This document shows positions 39,538 to 48,821 of a stretch of DNA of 64,000 bases, in pieces. The position numbers and the translations under genes were made by a program. Each line of letters starts with the position of its first letter. Position 1 is the stretch's first letter. The stretch is from an uncultured delta proteobacterium. GTDB lineage: Bacteria; Myxococcota_A; Polyangia; Polyangiales; Polyangiaceae. The stretch is from NCBI GenBank assembly GCA_963841435.1, contig CAWJCS010000002.1, positions 1,088,001 to 1,152,000 on the forward strand, read 5' to 3'. The notes below the pieces were generated by a model. It saw nothing but the letters and a program-made list of their open reading frames with translations. It was not told where the DNA came from and did no database searches.

Positions 39538-41328
39538 ATGCGCGAAGGCGATCTGGCCGCCCTCCTCGTCGCCCGGCGACGCCGGCCTCGGCGCACCCGC
39601 TCGCGCGGGATGCTCGGCGTCGTGCTTTTGGTGGGCGCCATGGGCTGCTCGTCGAAGCAGGGTGACGGAGCCGAGCGCCAGGGCGCCAGCGGAGGCGGCG
39701 CGGGCGTCATGGCGACGGCAGGCGGCGGCGCGGGCGGAGCGGGGACCTCGGGCAGCGCGGGCCTGCAGGCGGGCGCCTCGGGCGGCGGCATGGCTCAGGG
39801 TGGCGCGGGGCCCTTCGCTGGAGCAACGGCTGGCGGTTCGGGCGGGGGTGCGGGGACGGCCGGGGGTGACGGCGGCAGCGGGGGTGCGGCCGCCGGTGCC
39901 GCGGGTGAAGCGGCGGGCGGAGCGTCGGGAGCCGCGGGCGCGGGCGGCGTTTCGGCCGGTGGTGCCGGCGGCAGCAGCGGAAGGGGTGGCGGCGGAGCCG
40001 CTGGCGCTGGTGCCGGAGGCGGCGGAGCCGGTGGCGCTGGTGCCGGTGGCGCTGACCCCGTCGGTCCCCTCGTGCTGAGCGAGGACGGCGGCTGGTGTTG
40101 GTTCCAATCACCCCGGGCGCTCTTTCAGGGCGAGCGCCTCATCGTCGGCTCGGTGGCCTCCGGCTGGAACGGCGCGAGCCGCCGCGGCGACACGGAAGCC
40201 ATCGTTCACGATCTCGGGACCGGGACGACAACGTCCATCGAGCTCCACAATCAGCTCGAGCTCGACGATCACGACGCGCCCGCGCTGCTCGCGCGCCCCG
40301 ACGGTCGCCTGCTCGCGCTCTTCGCCAAGCACGGCAGCGAGAACCACTTCTACTTCCGTCGCTCCGCGGCGAACGCGCCGACCACGTGGGAGGCCGAGAA
40401 GACCTTCACGCCGAGTGCCTCGACCGAGCTGACCTACAGCAATCTGATCGTGCTCTCGGCGGAGCAGAACCGCGTCTACGACTTTTATCGCGGGCTCGAT
40501 GCGAGCTACAAACCCTCGTACGCGTACTCCGACGACCTCGGTGAGACCTGGCACAGCGGCAACGTCGTCATCAACGTCCCTTCGACCGCGCTCCACCGCC
40601 CCTACGCGCGCTACGCATCGAACGGTGTCGATACGATCCACATCCTTTACACCGAAGCCCACCCGCGCGACTTCGACAACAGCATCTACCACGTCTATTA
40701 CCGAAGCGGCTCGCTCTACCGGAGCGACGGCACGGCGATTCGCAGCCTCGCCGAGGGCCTGGCGAGCCCGGACGAAGGCACGCGCATCTTCCAGGGCAAC
40801 GCCGACAACGTCGCGTGGACCATCGACGTTGCGCTCGATGAAAACGACTGGCCCCGCACGGTTTATTCGGTGCAGCTGGGCTCGGCCGGGCTCCCCGTGG
40901 GGCAGGGCGGCAACGATCTTCGCTATCGCTACGCGCGCTGGGACGGCTCGGCCTGGCGCGACTACCCGCTCGCGTACGCGGGCACGCGCCTCTATTCGGG
41001 CGAGGACGACTACAGCGGCCTCGCGTCCATCGACCCGACGGATACCTCGGTCGTCTACATTTCGACGAATGCGGACCCGGCGAGCGGCGCGCCCCTGACG
41101 AGCAGCGCCGACTCCAAGCGTCACTACGAGCTCTTCCGTGGTGTTACGGCGGACGCTGGCGCCACGTGGCAGTGGACGCCCGTTACGCACGATTCGACGC
41201 TCGACAACCTGCGCCCCATCGTCGTCGGCGACGGCGCCGGGCAGAAGGCGCTGCTCTGGCTACGGGGAACGTACCGCGCCTACACCGATTACCAGCAGCA
41301 GGTGATGGCGCTCTTCTTTCGGGACTAA
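39538..41328 (+). CDS. BNR-4 repeat/beta-propeller lipoprotein
   Basis: Lipobox AMGC; Gly linker; GGWCWF, DDHDAP, Asp-box SDDLGETW and DAGATW; start uncertain. Confidence 0.8.
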   Translation: MREGDLAALLVARRRRPRRTRSRGMLGVVLLVGAMGCSSKQGDGAERQGASGGGAGVMATAGGGAGGAGTSGSAGLQAGASGGGMAQGGAGPFAGATAGGSGGGAGTAGGDGGSGGAAAGAAGEAAGGASGAAGAGGVSAGGAGGSSGRGGGGAAGAGAGGGGAGGAGAGGADPVGPLVLSEDGGWCWFQSPRALFQGERLIVGSVASGWNGASRRGDTEAIVHDLGTGTTTSIELHNQLELDDHDAPALLARPDGRLLALFAKHGSENHFYFRRSAANAPTTWEAEKTFTPSASTELTYSNLIVLSAEQNRVYDFYRGLDASYKPSYAYSDDLGETWHSGNVVINVPSTALHRPYARYASNGVDTIHILYTEAHPRDFDNSIYHVYYRSGSLYRSDGTAIRSLAEGLASPDEGTRIFQGNADNVAWTIDVALDENDWPRTVYSVQLGSAGLPVGQGGNDLRYRYARWDGSAWRDYPLAYAGTRLYSGEDDYSGLASIDPTDTSVVYISTNADPASGAPLTSSADSKRHYELFRGVTADAGATWQWTPVTHDSTLDNLRPIVVGDGAGQKALLWLRGTYRAYTDYQQQVMALFFRD

Positions 41329-41525
41329 CACTACTGTCAGAGTCTTGGAGGAACAGCTCACGATCCGGCAGAGAGAACACGAGCCACGAAAGCAACTGGC
41401 GCGGCCAGCGGGCGGCCGTCTTCGAGCACGAAATGGACGCAAGACGTGGGCGCCGCCGTCCGAAAAGTTCGCCGCTCGCCAATCTGCGAATTTCTCGAAG
41501 GAAACGCGAATCTCTGACAGTAGTG
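41329..41525. mobile_element. MITE-like non-autonomous element (197 bp)
   Basis: Perfect 14 bp terminal inverted repeats CACTACTGTCAGAG (41329-41342) / CTCTGACAGTAGTG (41512-41525), flanked by CTAA / CTGA; no credible ORF. Confidence 0.7.
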
Positions 41526-41559
41526 CTGAGCCTCGGGGGCGCGCCTTTTCGGCGGGCCG

Positions 41560-42647
41560 TCAGCTCGACTGACCGCTCACGCAGGTCTGGTAGTCGCCGG
41601 CTTCGCTGTCGCAGATGCCGTTGCCCATCAGCTCGCCGTCGGTGCACGCGGCATCGCCGAAGAACAGGGCGCAGTCGAGCAGGCTGGTCCACGCGGGGCC
41701 GCAGGTCGTGTCGTCCTGCTTAGCGTGGCATTCGTCGAGGCACGCCGCGCTGGCGCAGCCGAGCGCATCGGCGGCGTAGCACCAGCCGACGCAGTAGTCG
41801 TCTGCGTCGTCGTGCAGGCAGTCGCCCACGTCGAGCACGAGCGTCGCGCAGGTCGACGGCGTCACGAGATGCTCTCCGGCGCAGCTCGGGCTTTGCGCGG
41901 TGGCCCGGCAGTAAGCCAGGGTTTCGCTGTAGATGCCGCAGCGGTCCGGCAGGGACTCGCCATCAGCGATGCACGCGGTCACGCATTCGTCCTGCGCCAG
42001 ATCCGTGCAGCCCTCGGCGATCGACACCTGGCACTCGCGCTTGCAGCCGATGTGTTGGGCACAATCGGTGTACGCGAGCGTCTGCACCGCGCAGGTGCTG
42101 TTCGGGTACACCGTGTTCTGCACGCAAGCGTAGCCGCCGTCCCCGCGGCAGCCGATGTAATCCGCGTACTCGCGCAGACAGAAGTCGCCGAGCTGCCCCG
42201 TTGCAGCCGCGCAGTTGGCCTTGCACGTGAGCGTGTTCGAGGTCGTGGGTGAGCAGTCGAGGCCGTACTGAGCGTCGCAGTCTTTTTCGCAGGCCGCTTC
42301 GACCTCGTCGAGCAGATCCGCCGTCGTGCTCGCGCCACTACCGCCGCTGCCTCCGCTGCCCCCCTTGCCCGCGCTGCCGCCCGACGAGCCGCCGCTGCCT
42401 CCGCTGCTGCTCGAGCTACCGCCCTTGCCCCCCGACCCCGTGCCGCCCGTCGTTGCTGCCTCGCCCGCTTCGCCGTTGCCGCCCGAGCCGCCGCTGCTGC
42501 TCGAGCTGCCGCCGGTGCCGCTCGTTCCCCCCGTCGGGGGCGCTGCACCACCGCCGCCACCGTCCGATCCGCAGCCAGCGACGATGCCAACGGCCCCGCC
42601 GCCGATGATCAGTGAAAACAGGATTGTCGACGACCGAAGTCAGCCAT
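41560..42647 (-). CDS. Cys-rich lipoprotein with Gly/Ser linker, apparent -1 frameshift at ~42624
   Basis: Frame of ORF 41560-42123 stays open to ~42639 (ILFSLIIGGGAVGIVAGC lipobox, linker, Cys-rich domain). GGAG-ATG at 42647 (MADFGRRQ) joins it if one A is added. Confidence 0.75.
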
Positions 42648-42858
42648 CGAAGCGATCTCCTCCGCAAGCGTACGTGCCGATCATCGCTTCTCTTTATTGG
42701 CGGAGGGAGACAATTCGAGTGTGGTGACGAAGGCTTGTCGGTGCCTGTCGCACCTTTCGTGTGCGGGCCCTGCATGTTCCCCCGCTCTGCCAAGGTGGCG
42801 GTTCGTGCGTGAGCATCGCTGACAATCGCCGTGAATGGGGGGGGTGCCTTAACCTGCG

Positions 42859-43419
42859 GTGTCGACGAGCCGTCACGATTGCGTGACTCAGCCCCTCGAA
42901 ATCGTCTCGGACTCCGGCGGTTCCGTCGTCGTCGGCCGGGTCGCGAGTGATGCCGTCTACTTGCGCTTCGTCGGGCACCTCTCGACTCACCTCGGCGTCG
43001 TCGCGAGCGCGCGCCTTCGCGAGCTCTTGCGGGGGGCGCGTGGCGCGTGGTGCTTTTGCGACACACAGGCTCCGCGCAGCATCGATTTTTTCGCGCGTAG
43101 CGCCGTCGTGCGCACGTTCATCTCGCACCGCGCGGAGCTGTCCAGCGTGACCATGCTCGTCGGCGGCGAGCCCGGCAGGGCGACGTCGCGGATGATCGCC
43201 TCCGTGCTTGGCCCGATTGCGAGAGCAACCGACGACGCGGACGAATTCGATCGGTTGCTCGTTCGCGTGGCGCCGCTCGCGCACGAGCAATTGCGACAAG
43301 CCGAACGGCGCATGCCACCGGCGATCCGCCTTTCGCCCCACGGTTCGTTGCGCTCCGGGCCCGCAAGCTCCGAGGCGCTCAGAACGGCCAGCGCGTCGCC
43401 CCGGCCTCGAGCACGCTGA
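42859..43419 (+). CDS. Hypothetical protein (possible STAS/SpoIIAA-like fold)
   Basis: Protein-like composition; YLRFVGHLS..FCD pattern. Confidence 0.55.
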   Translation: MSTSRHDCVTQPLEIVSDSGGSVVVGRVASDAVYLRFVGHLSTHLGVVASARLRELLRGARGAWCFCDTQAPRSIDFFARSAVVRTFISHRAELSSVTMLVGGEPGRATSRMIASVLGPIARATDDADEFDRLLVRVAPLAHEQLRQAERRMPPAIRLSPHGSLRSGPASSEALRTASASPRPRAR

Positions 43420-44275
43420 CGCACTCGCTCGCGGCCCGCTGCTGCTCGGCGAGGAGCCCCTCGCCGACCCCGGCGAGCTCCGGCCCCGCGTGGCGCCGCT
43501 TGGCGCGTGACAGCACGAGCGAAGCGAGTGTCTCCTGATCACGGAGGGCGCCCAGTCGGTCCTGCAGACCCTTCAGCACCTCGATGTCGCGCTGCGCGTG
43601 GGCGCCCAGTGAAGGCGCGAGCACCTCGGTCGCGTAGCGGTACGACTTTAGCGCCACGCGCAACCGATGGAGCGCCTTGCGATCCTCGGCACGACTCGCC
43701 GCTCGAAGCCGCTCGGCCTCGAGGTAGCGCGCGGCCAGCCTGCCGAGCACGGCGGCGCGCAGGGCAGCGTCGTCGCCCAGACGTTTCAGCTGCTCGAGCG
43801 CGTCGAGCACGGTGCTCACGTCGTTCGTGAGCTCGTCGATTGCGAAACGCTCGATGCGGCGGCTCGCCCGGCGCGCGAGCTGCTCGCGACGCTCGGCGAG
43901 CGGCTCGAGAGCCGCGCCGAGCTCGGCGTGCTGACCGGCGAGCGTGGTCGCCCCGTCGAGCAGCACGTCGAGGTCACGCAGCTTCGACAATCCCCCGAGT
44001 AGCTTCTCGAGCTTCTGCATCCGCTTCGTGGCAGGAGGCGGAGCAGCGACACCCGCGAGCTCGAGCGCGGCGAGCAGGCGTCGCGTTGCGACGCGCAGTC
44101 GATGCACGCGCCCCTTCGAGAGCTCGTCGGTTCGCGTGAGCTCGGTGTGCAGCGTCTCGAGGCGCTTGCCGAGCCCCGCTTGGAGCGTCGCCGTGGGCGA
44201 GGCCGTCTCGACGACCGCCCGGCGCTGACGCTTTGCGGGGGCTTTCGCCAAGGTCTTCTTCGCGCGCGAGGCCAT
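43379..44275 (-). CDS. CHAD domain protein
   Basis: VHRLRVATRRL, LRDLDV, LHRLRVALKSYRY..E, LQDRLGALRD. Confidence 0.88.
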   Translation of the reverse strand: MASRAKKTLAKAPAKRQRRAVVETASPTATLQAGLGKRLETLHTELTRTDELSKGRVHRLRVATRRLLAALELAGVAAPPPATKRMQKLEKLLGGLSKLRDLDVLLDGATTLAGQHAELGAALEPLAERREQLARRASRRIERFAIDELTNDVSTVLDALEQLKRLGDDAALRAAVLGRLAARYLEAERLRAASRAEDRKALHRLRVALKSYRYATEVLAPSLGAHAQRDIEVLKGLQDRLGALRDQETLASLVLSRAKRRHAGPELAGVGEGLLAEQQRAASECVSVLEAGATRWPF

Positions 44276-44344
44276 GCCCACGCCGACCGATAACACGGCA
44301 GCCGTGCGCACGCCGCCCCGCTGGCCCCGCGCCCAGATGGAGAC

Positions 44345-44650
44345 ATGACTAGGGAGTTGGCCGACCCCAGGGTGCTCATCGGGTTTCTGCTCGTTCGCCT
44401 CGGCGGCGCCCCCGCCGAGGTCTCGTGCGTCGCCGTCCGACCCGAGGTCCGGTATGGAAACCTCGGCTACGACCACATCGTGCACCTCGCGAGTCAGTGC
44501 GAGGCGCCGGTAACGTGCACGGTTTCGACCGACGTGAGCCCCACGCCCATCGAAGTGGACCTCGCGCCCCGCGAGCGACAGGAGGTTCTCACGTTTCGCG
44601 GCTCGCCCGCCCGCGAGTTCACGCCGCAGGTGAGGTGCCGCAGCCGCTGA
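44345..44650 (+). CDS. Small hypothetical secreted protein
   Basis: GGAG RBS; hydrophobic N-terminus; four Cys; GYDHIV..GSPAREF. Confidence 0.65.
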   Translation: MTRELADPRVLIGFLLVRLGGAPAEVSCVAVRPEVRYGNLGYDHIVHLASQCEAPVTCTVSTDVSPTPIEVDLAPRERQEVLTFRGSPAREFTPQVRCRSR

Positions 44651-44704
44651 AGCCCCGTCGCGTTGCTCCGGAACCTTCCCGCCTCCCCGGTGTCGGGTGC
44701 GGGA

Positions 44705-45943
44705 ATGGCACACGACCTCATCGAGCTCGCGAGGGACCACGCGACGGGTACGCGGTTCGAACGAGCGGCGCTCGAGCATTTGGCCCACACGATCGGCTGT
44801 GAGGTCGCCTTCTTCTCGCTGCGCGGGCACGAAGACACGCCGACGACGCTCGGCATGCCCGAGGGCCTCGTCGCGAGGGCCGTTGCGTCCTTTGAGCGCT
44901 ATGGTCGCGAGCTCTTGCCGGTCAAGCGCCGCGCACTCGCGCGGCGTGGCGTTGCGGTGGACACCGACGTTCTCGGGACGCGTGGCGTCGAGCGGCTCGG
45001 CTACCACCGCGAGCTCGCGCGCCGTGTGGGCGGGCGCCATTCACTGCTCGCGTACCCGTCGTTCGGCGGGCGCGTCATGGGGGTCGTCATGCTCGGACGC
45101 ACGGGGAGCGCCTTTTCGGAGCGCGACGTCGAGCGCATGGAAGAGGAGCTGTCGGCGCTCGGCGTGGCGCGTGCGGCGTTCGGCCTGCCCGTCGTGCCCG
45201 ATCCACTCCCGCCGTCAGCAGCGACTCGCTTCCTCGATCGCCTGGGCTTTCCGCCGCGGCCCGTCGAAGTGGCGCGCGTGACGGCGCGCGGCAACACCAT
45301 CTCCGTTCGGGACATAGCCGGCGAGCGCCGCATGATCGCGGCGAGCGGACGCTCGGAGCTCGTGTGGACCCGGGCCAAACTGTCGGACCCCAGCGAGTCG
45401 GGCTGGCCCTACGTCAACCTTTTCCACGTGGCGGCCGCGCTCGCCAAGCGCCGGCGGCGCGCGTTGTTCGTGGGTGGCGGCGGCGGCGTGGCGCTGCACC
45501 AGTTCGCGAGCCGCTACCCCGGAATCGAGCTCGACCTCGCCGAGATCGACCCCCGGGTCGTCGAGCTCGCGCGTGCCCACTACGCGCTCGATTCCGTGCC
45601 CGGGCTCACCGTGCACGTCATCGACGGCGCCGACCTCGTCGAGCAGGCGTCCGCGGCGCGCTGGGACGTGATCGTCGTCGATGCGTACGACGCTGGCAGC
45701 GTCGCCGAGCGGCTCGCCGGCCGCCGCTTCTTCCGCGCCGCACGCCGCGCGCTCTTCCGGGGAGGAACGCTCGCCTTGAACCTCATCGGCACGCTCGACG
45801 GGCAGGGGGAGCTACCCGGAGTGGTCGAGAGCCTGCGTGGCGCCATCGGGCCCGTGCGCGTCGTCCCCGTCGTCGAGCCCTCGCTACCGTTCGCCGCGAA
45901 CGCGCTCCGCAACCTGGTGCTCGTGGCGGTCGCCGAGCGGTGA
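44705..45943 (+). CDS. GAF-like domain fused to spermidine-synthase-like methyltransferase
   Basis: C-terminal ALFVGGGGG, EIDPRVVELA, DG, DVIVVDAY; N-terminal GAF-like segment (HSL..GVVMLGR..FSERD). Confidence 0.75.
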   Translation: MAHDLIELARDHATGTRFERAALEHLAHTIGCEVAFFSLRGHEDTPTTLGMPEGLVARAVASFERYGRELLPVKRRALARRGVAVDTDVLGTRGVERLGYHRELARRVGGRHSLLAYPSFGGRVMGVVMLGRTGSAFSERDVERMEEELSALGVARAAFGLPVVPDPLPPSAATRFLDRLGFPPRPVEVARVTARGNTISVRDIAGERRMIAASGRSELVWTRAKLSDPSESGWPYVNLFHVAAALAKRRRRALFVGGGGGVALHQFASRYPGIELDLAEIDPRVVELARAHYALDSVPGLTVHVIDGADLVEQASAARWDVIVVDAYDAGSVAERLAGRRFFRAARRALFRGGTLALNLIGTLDGQGELPGVVESLRGAIGPVRVVPVVEPSLPFAANALRNLVLVAVAER

Positions 45944-45964
45944 GGCGCGCTCGGCGCAGAAACG

Positions 45965-46762
45965 TCAGCGCGACGACACCGTGCTCTCGATGGCGATCCC
46001 CGTCACGCCGAGTCGCCGCTCGACGCTCCGCGCAAGCGCTCGCGTCATGCTCGGCTCGCTGAAGCCGGGTCCGTAGAGCTCACCGTCGATGAGGAACGCG
46101 GGAACGGCGGCTCGGCCGGTCAGCCGCACGAGCTCGCCGCGTGCCGTCTCGTCGCGATCGATGTCGCGCTCGGTTGGCGAGAGTCCGTTCGCTTGGAGGA
46201 ATGCGCGGGCTCGCGTGCACACGCGACACCAGCTCGCCGAGAACATGACGATCGAGGTCGCCTGCAGCGCTGCTCGAAGCTCGGCTGGTGTCGGCGGCTT
46301 TTTTACCTCGCGCACGGACGGCGCCGCACCCCCGTCCGCCCGCTCGCCGCTCGCTGCCGGCGCCTCGGGCTCGACGCTCGGCGCTGCGCTTTCGGATTCG
46401 GCCGGAGGCAGTAGCGTGGACGGCTCGGGCGTTTCGCGAGCCGGAGCAGCCCCTTCGGCGACCTCTTCGGGCTCGTCGGTCGGGACGGCGCCCGCGGTCG
46501 GTTCGCCGAGCGCCGGTTGCGATTGTTTCGTCTCGCTCGGACCGGGCGCGCTCCGCTCGGTCGTTGCGACTGCCGGGCGGTGTCTGACGAGCGCCGTGGC
46601 ACCCGCAGCGGCTGCGAGCGCGAACAGGCAAAGGCCCAGGAAAAGGCCCCAGCGCCGATTGCCCTCCGCGCGCAGGCTGTCGCGACACAGGACGCAATGC
46701 CCGTCCGGCCCCACCGCTAGGCCATGCACCTCGCACCGCACGTCGCGAACTATAGGCTCCAT
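45965..46762 (-). CDS. Membrane-anchored glutaredoxin-family protein
   Basis: WCRVC, VPAFLIDG..GFS; N-terminal C-x2-H..C-x2-C, TM helix, Pro/Glu linker. Confidence 0.82.
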   Translation of the reverse strand: MEPIVRDVRCEVHGLAVGPDGHCVLCRDSLRAEGNRRWGLFLGLCLFALAAAAGATALVRHRPAVATTERSAPGPSETKQSQPALGEPTAGAVPTDEPEEVAEGAAPARETPEPSTLLPPAESESAAPSVEPEAPAASGERADGGAAPSVREVKKPPTPAELRAALQATSIVMFSASWCRVCTRARAFLQANGLSPTERDIDRDETARGELVRLTGRAAVPAFLIDGELYGPGFSEPSMTRALARSVERRLGVTGIAIESTVSSR

Positions 46763-47311
46763 CGTGCCTCGACCGCACGGGCCCGCTGCTCCCGCGCGAC
46801 AACGGCCCGCCCCCTCGCTCCGTTCGCGCGAGTGTTGCCGCGCGGCACAGCGGTTCTGGGGCGCGATCCGCCCGTCATGGTGAGCGCTTCGAAAAATACC
46901 GAACAGCCGGAAATCATGCCGCAGGCAGATGGCATGCATCTTGAGCCCCGGGGGAAACGAGCTCGATGGTCGAAATCGCACCGCATCGGCTTGCCGAAGC
47001 CGCCGTTTACTTCGAGCTCGATTTTGGCTCGCAGCGCGTGCCGCTCGTGACGCACGGGCCGTTCGAGATCCGCCCTGGGTCCGTCCAGGTTCTCACACTG
47101 CTCGACCGCACCGAGGTGAGGACGGCGACGCAGTGCGACAACGACATGCGCCGACACACGGCGTTGCTCCTCGCGGCACAGAGCCGCTCGGCGCGACGCT
47201 CGCGTGATCACCACGTGACGCGCTCTGGGTCGTCCCGTCGCGTCACGATGTGCTCTCGCCGCGTACCAACAACTACATCGCGAGCGCGCGCGACTTCGGC
47301 GATCATGTCGA

Positions 47312-48112
47312 GTGAAGTACCCGGTGCAAAGCCGAACTCTCGCCAGCGTGCGCGCGTCGCGCACGCAGATCATCGTCGCTTGCTGTGCGCTCGCGCTCGC
47401 CGCGCTCGAGGGCAACGAGCCGTCCTGGCCCACGCTTTCGCGGGAGCACGCGGAGAGCCACGCCGGCGCGCTGTCGCTCCGGCGATCGACCGTCGACACG
47501 AAAGCTCCGCTCGGTCCGGAAGACCAGCTCGTGCGCGACCAGCCCTTCTGCGTGGCCTCGAGCATGAAGTCCGCGGGCACGCTGGGCGAGGTCGTGCTCT
47601 ACCGTTACGAGCGTCACGGAGATGCGCTCGACGTTGGCTACTTCGTGTACTGGAGCACGGAGCGTCCCTGGGGCGACAACGAGCTCACGCGCAGGGTGCT
47701 CCCGGCGCTCGCCATCGACGCGGTGTACAGTCACCTGCTCTTCGTGCTGCCCGGTATCCAGCGGGTGCTCTACGGGCCCGGTGACATCGAGGGCGCGCTC
47801 GTCCACTACCGGATCGAAGGGGACAGGCTCGTTGCCGAGCGAGCGCGCGCCGACGACGAATCGCACGCGCCCGTGCGGCTTTCCGCGCGCGAGGTCAGCG
47901 CTTCCGACGGCAGCGTCGTGTTGCTCACCGAGGCCTGGAGCCACCAGCTCGGCGGCCACGATGCCGCTCGGCGTGCGCCCGGGAGCGAGCGCGCGTGCTT
48001 CGGTGGCGAGAGCCTCGTTCCCATGACGGCCTCCGTGGCGAAGGCGTTTCGTCTCGGCACGTCCGAGAAGCCGCATCGCGCGCGACCTGCCTGGCGTTCG
48101 AGCGTCGATTAG
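47312..48112 (+). CDS. Hypothetical protein
   Basis: Protein-like composition (YFVYWSTERPWG, GDIEG, WSHQ); N-terminal hydrophobic segment. Confidence 0.65.
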   Translation: MKYPVQSRTLASVRASRTQIIVACCALALAALEGNEPSWPTLSREHAESHAGALSLRRSTVDTKAPLGPEDQLVRDQPFCVASSMKSAGTLGEVVLYRYERHGDALDVGYFVYWSTERPWGDNELTRRVLPALAIDAVYSHLLFVLPGIQRVLYGPGDIEGALVHYRIEGDRLVAERARADDESHAPVRLSAREVSASDGSVVLLTEAWSHQLGGHDAARRAPGSERACFGGESLVPMTASVAKAFRLGTSEKPHRARPAWRSSVD

Positions 48113-48233
48113 GGGTCACGCTTCGGGGGCCGGTGTTCGAGCGCTCTTGCGCTCGAGATCGGGCCGGTACCCGAGCTCGTGGTCGAGCGCGTCGCGTGAC
48201 CAGAGCGGCGCGTCGTTTGGGCTGGCCCGGCGC

Positions 48234-48500
48234 CTAGCGCCGCACGTTTTGCCGCACGCGCGCGTACGCCGGAACGAGCGGGCGTGGGAACAGGGTTTCC
48301 ACGAGGTCGGCGAAGAAGTCGCGAATTGGCGTGCCTCGCCTGGGCTTCTTCGCCGGCGCGGGCGGGATGCGCTGGTACAGCACTCGAATGGCTTCTGCCT
48401 CACCGCAGACTTCCGGCGCCGCCTCGTCGTGAATCTCGGGCGCGCTCGCCGCGATCGACGGGCCAAATGCGAACAGCGCGGGAATTGCGTAGTGCTTCAC
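48234..48500 (-). CDS. Small hypothetical protein
   Basis: GTG preceded by AAAGGTAGG; protein-like sequence in an otherwise empty interval. Confidence 0.45.
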   Translation of the reverse strand: MKHYAIPALFAFGPSIAASAPEIHDEAAPEVCGEAEAIRVLYQRIPPAPAKKPRRGTPIRDFFADLVETLFPRPLVPAYARVRQNVRR

Positions 48501-48821
48501 GACGGACCTACCTTTCAACCTCTACGGACGCTTCCACGGGCGGCTTCAGACACCCAAAGCAGGCATCGGTCTGCCGGAGCGACTCTGCGGAACGAGCGCG
48601 CGGAACAGGGGCAGTGCGCGCCAACGAAAAGCTCAACGACGCGCACCTTCATAAGGTGGTGCTTCGCTCGACCTTGCGCAAGAGCTGAGATGAGCATTTA
48701 CGCAAGGCTCATTGACGTTTGCGAATGTGTGCTTGTGTGTCGAGGTGGGTTTCGCACTCCCTCGCCGCGCTATTCGCAGGCGTCTGTTGTTTCCAGGGCT
48801 CCTTGGGCATACTCCGCGGCC

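Noticed and set aside
46877-47310. Possible small or frameshifted gene (MVEIAPHRLAEAAVYFELDFG...)
   Set aside because: Partly protein-like but no motif, no clear start or stop, and it runs into the next gene in a shadow frame
48520-48820. Lower-GC intergenic region as a riboswitch/ncRNA (contains a TTGCGCAA palindrome)
   Set aside because: No recognisable RNA family motif or convincing extended stem; probably a divergent promoter region. An Rfam/Infernal scan would settle it
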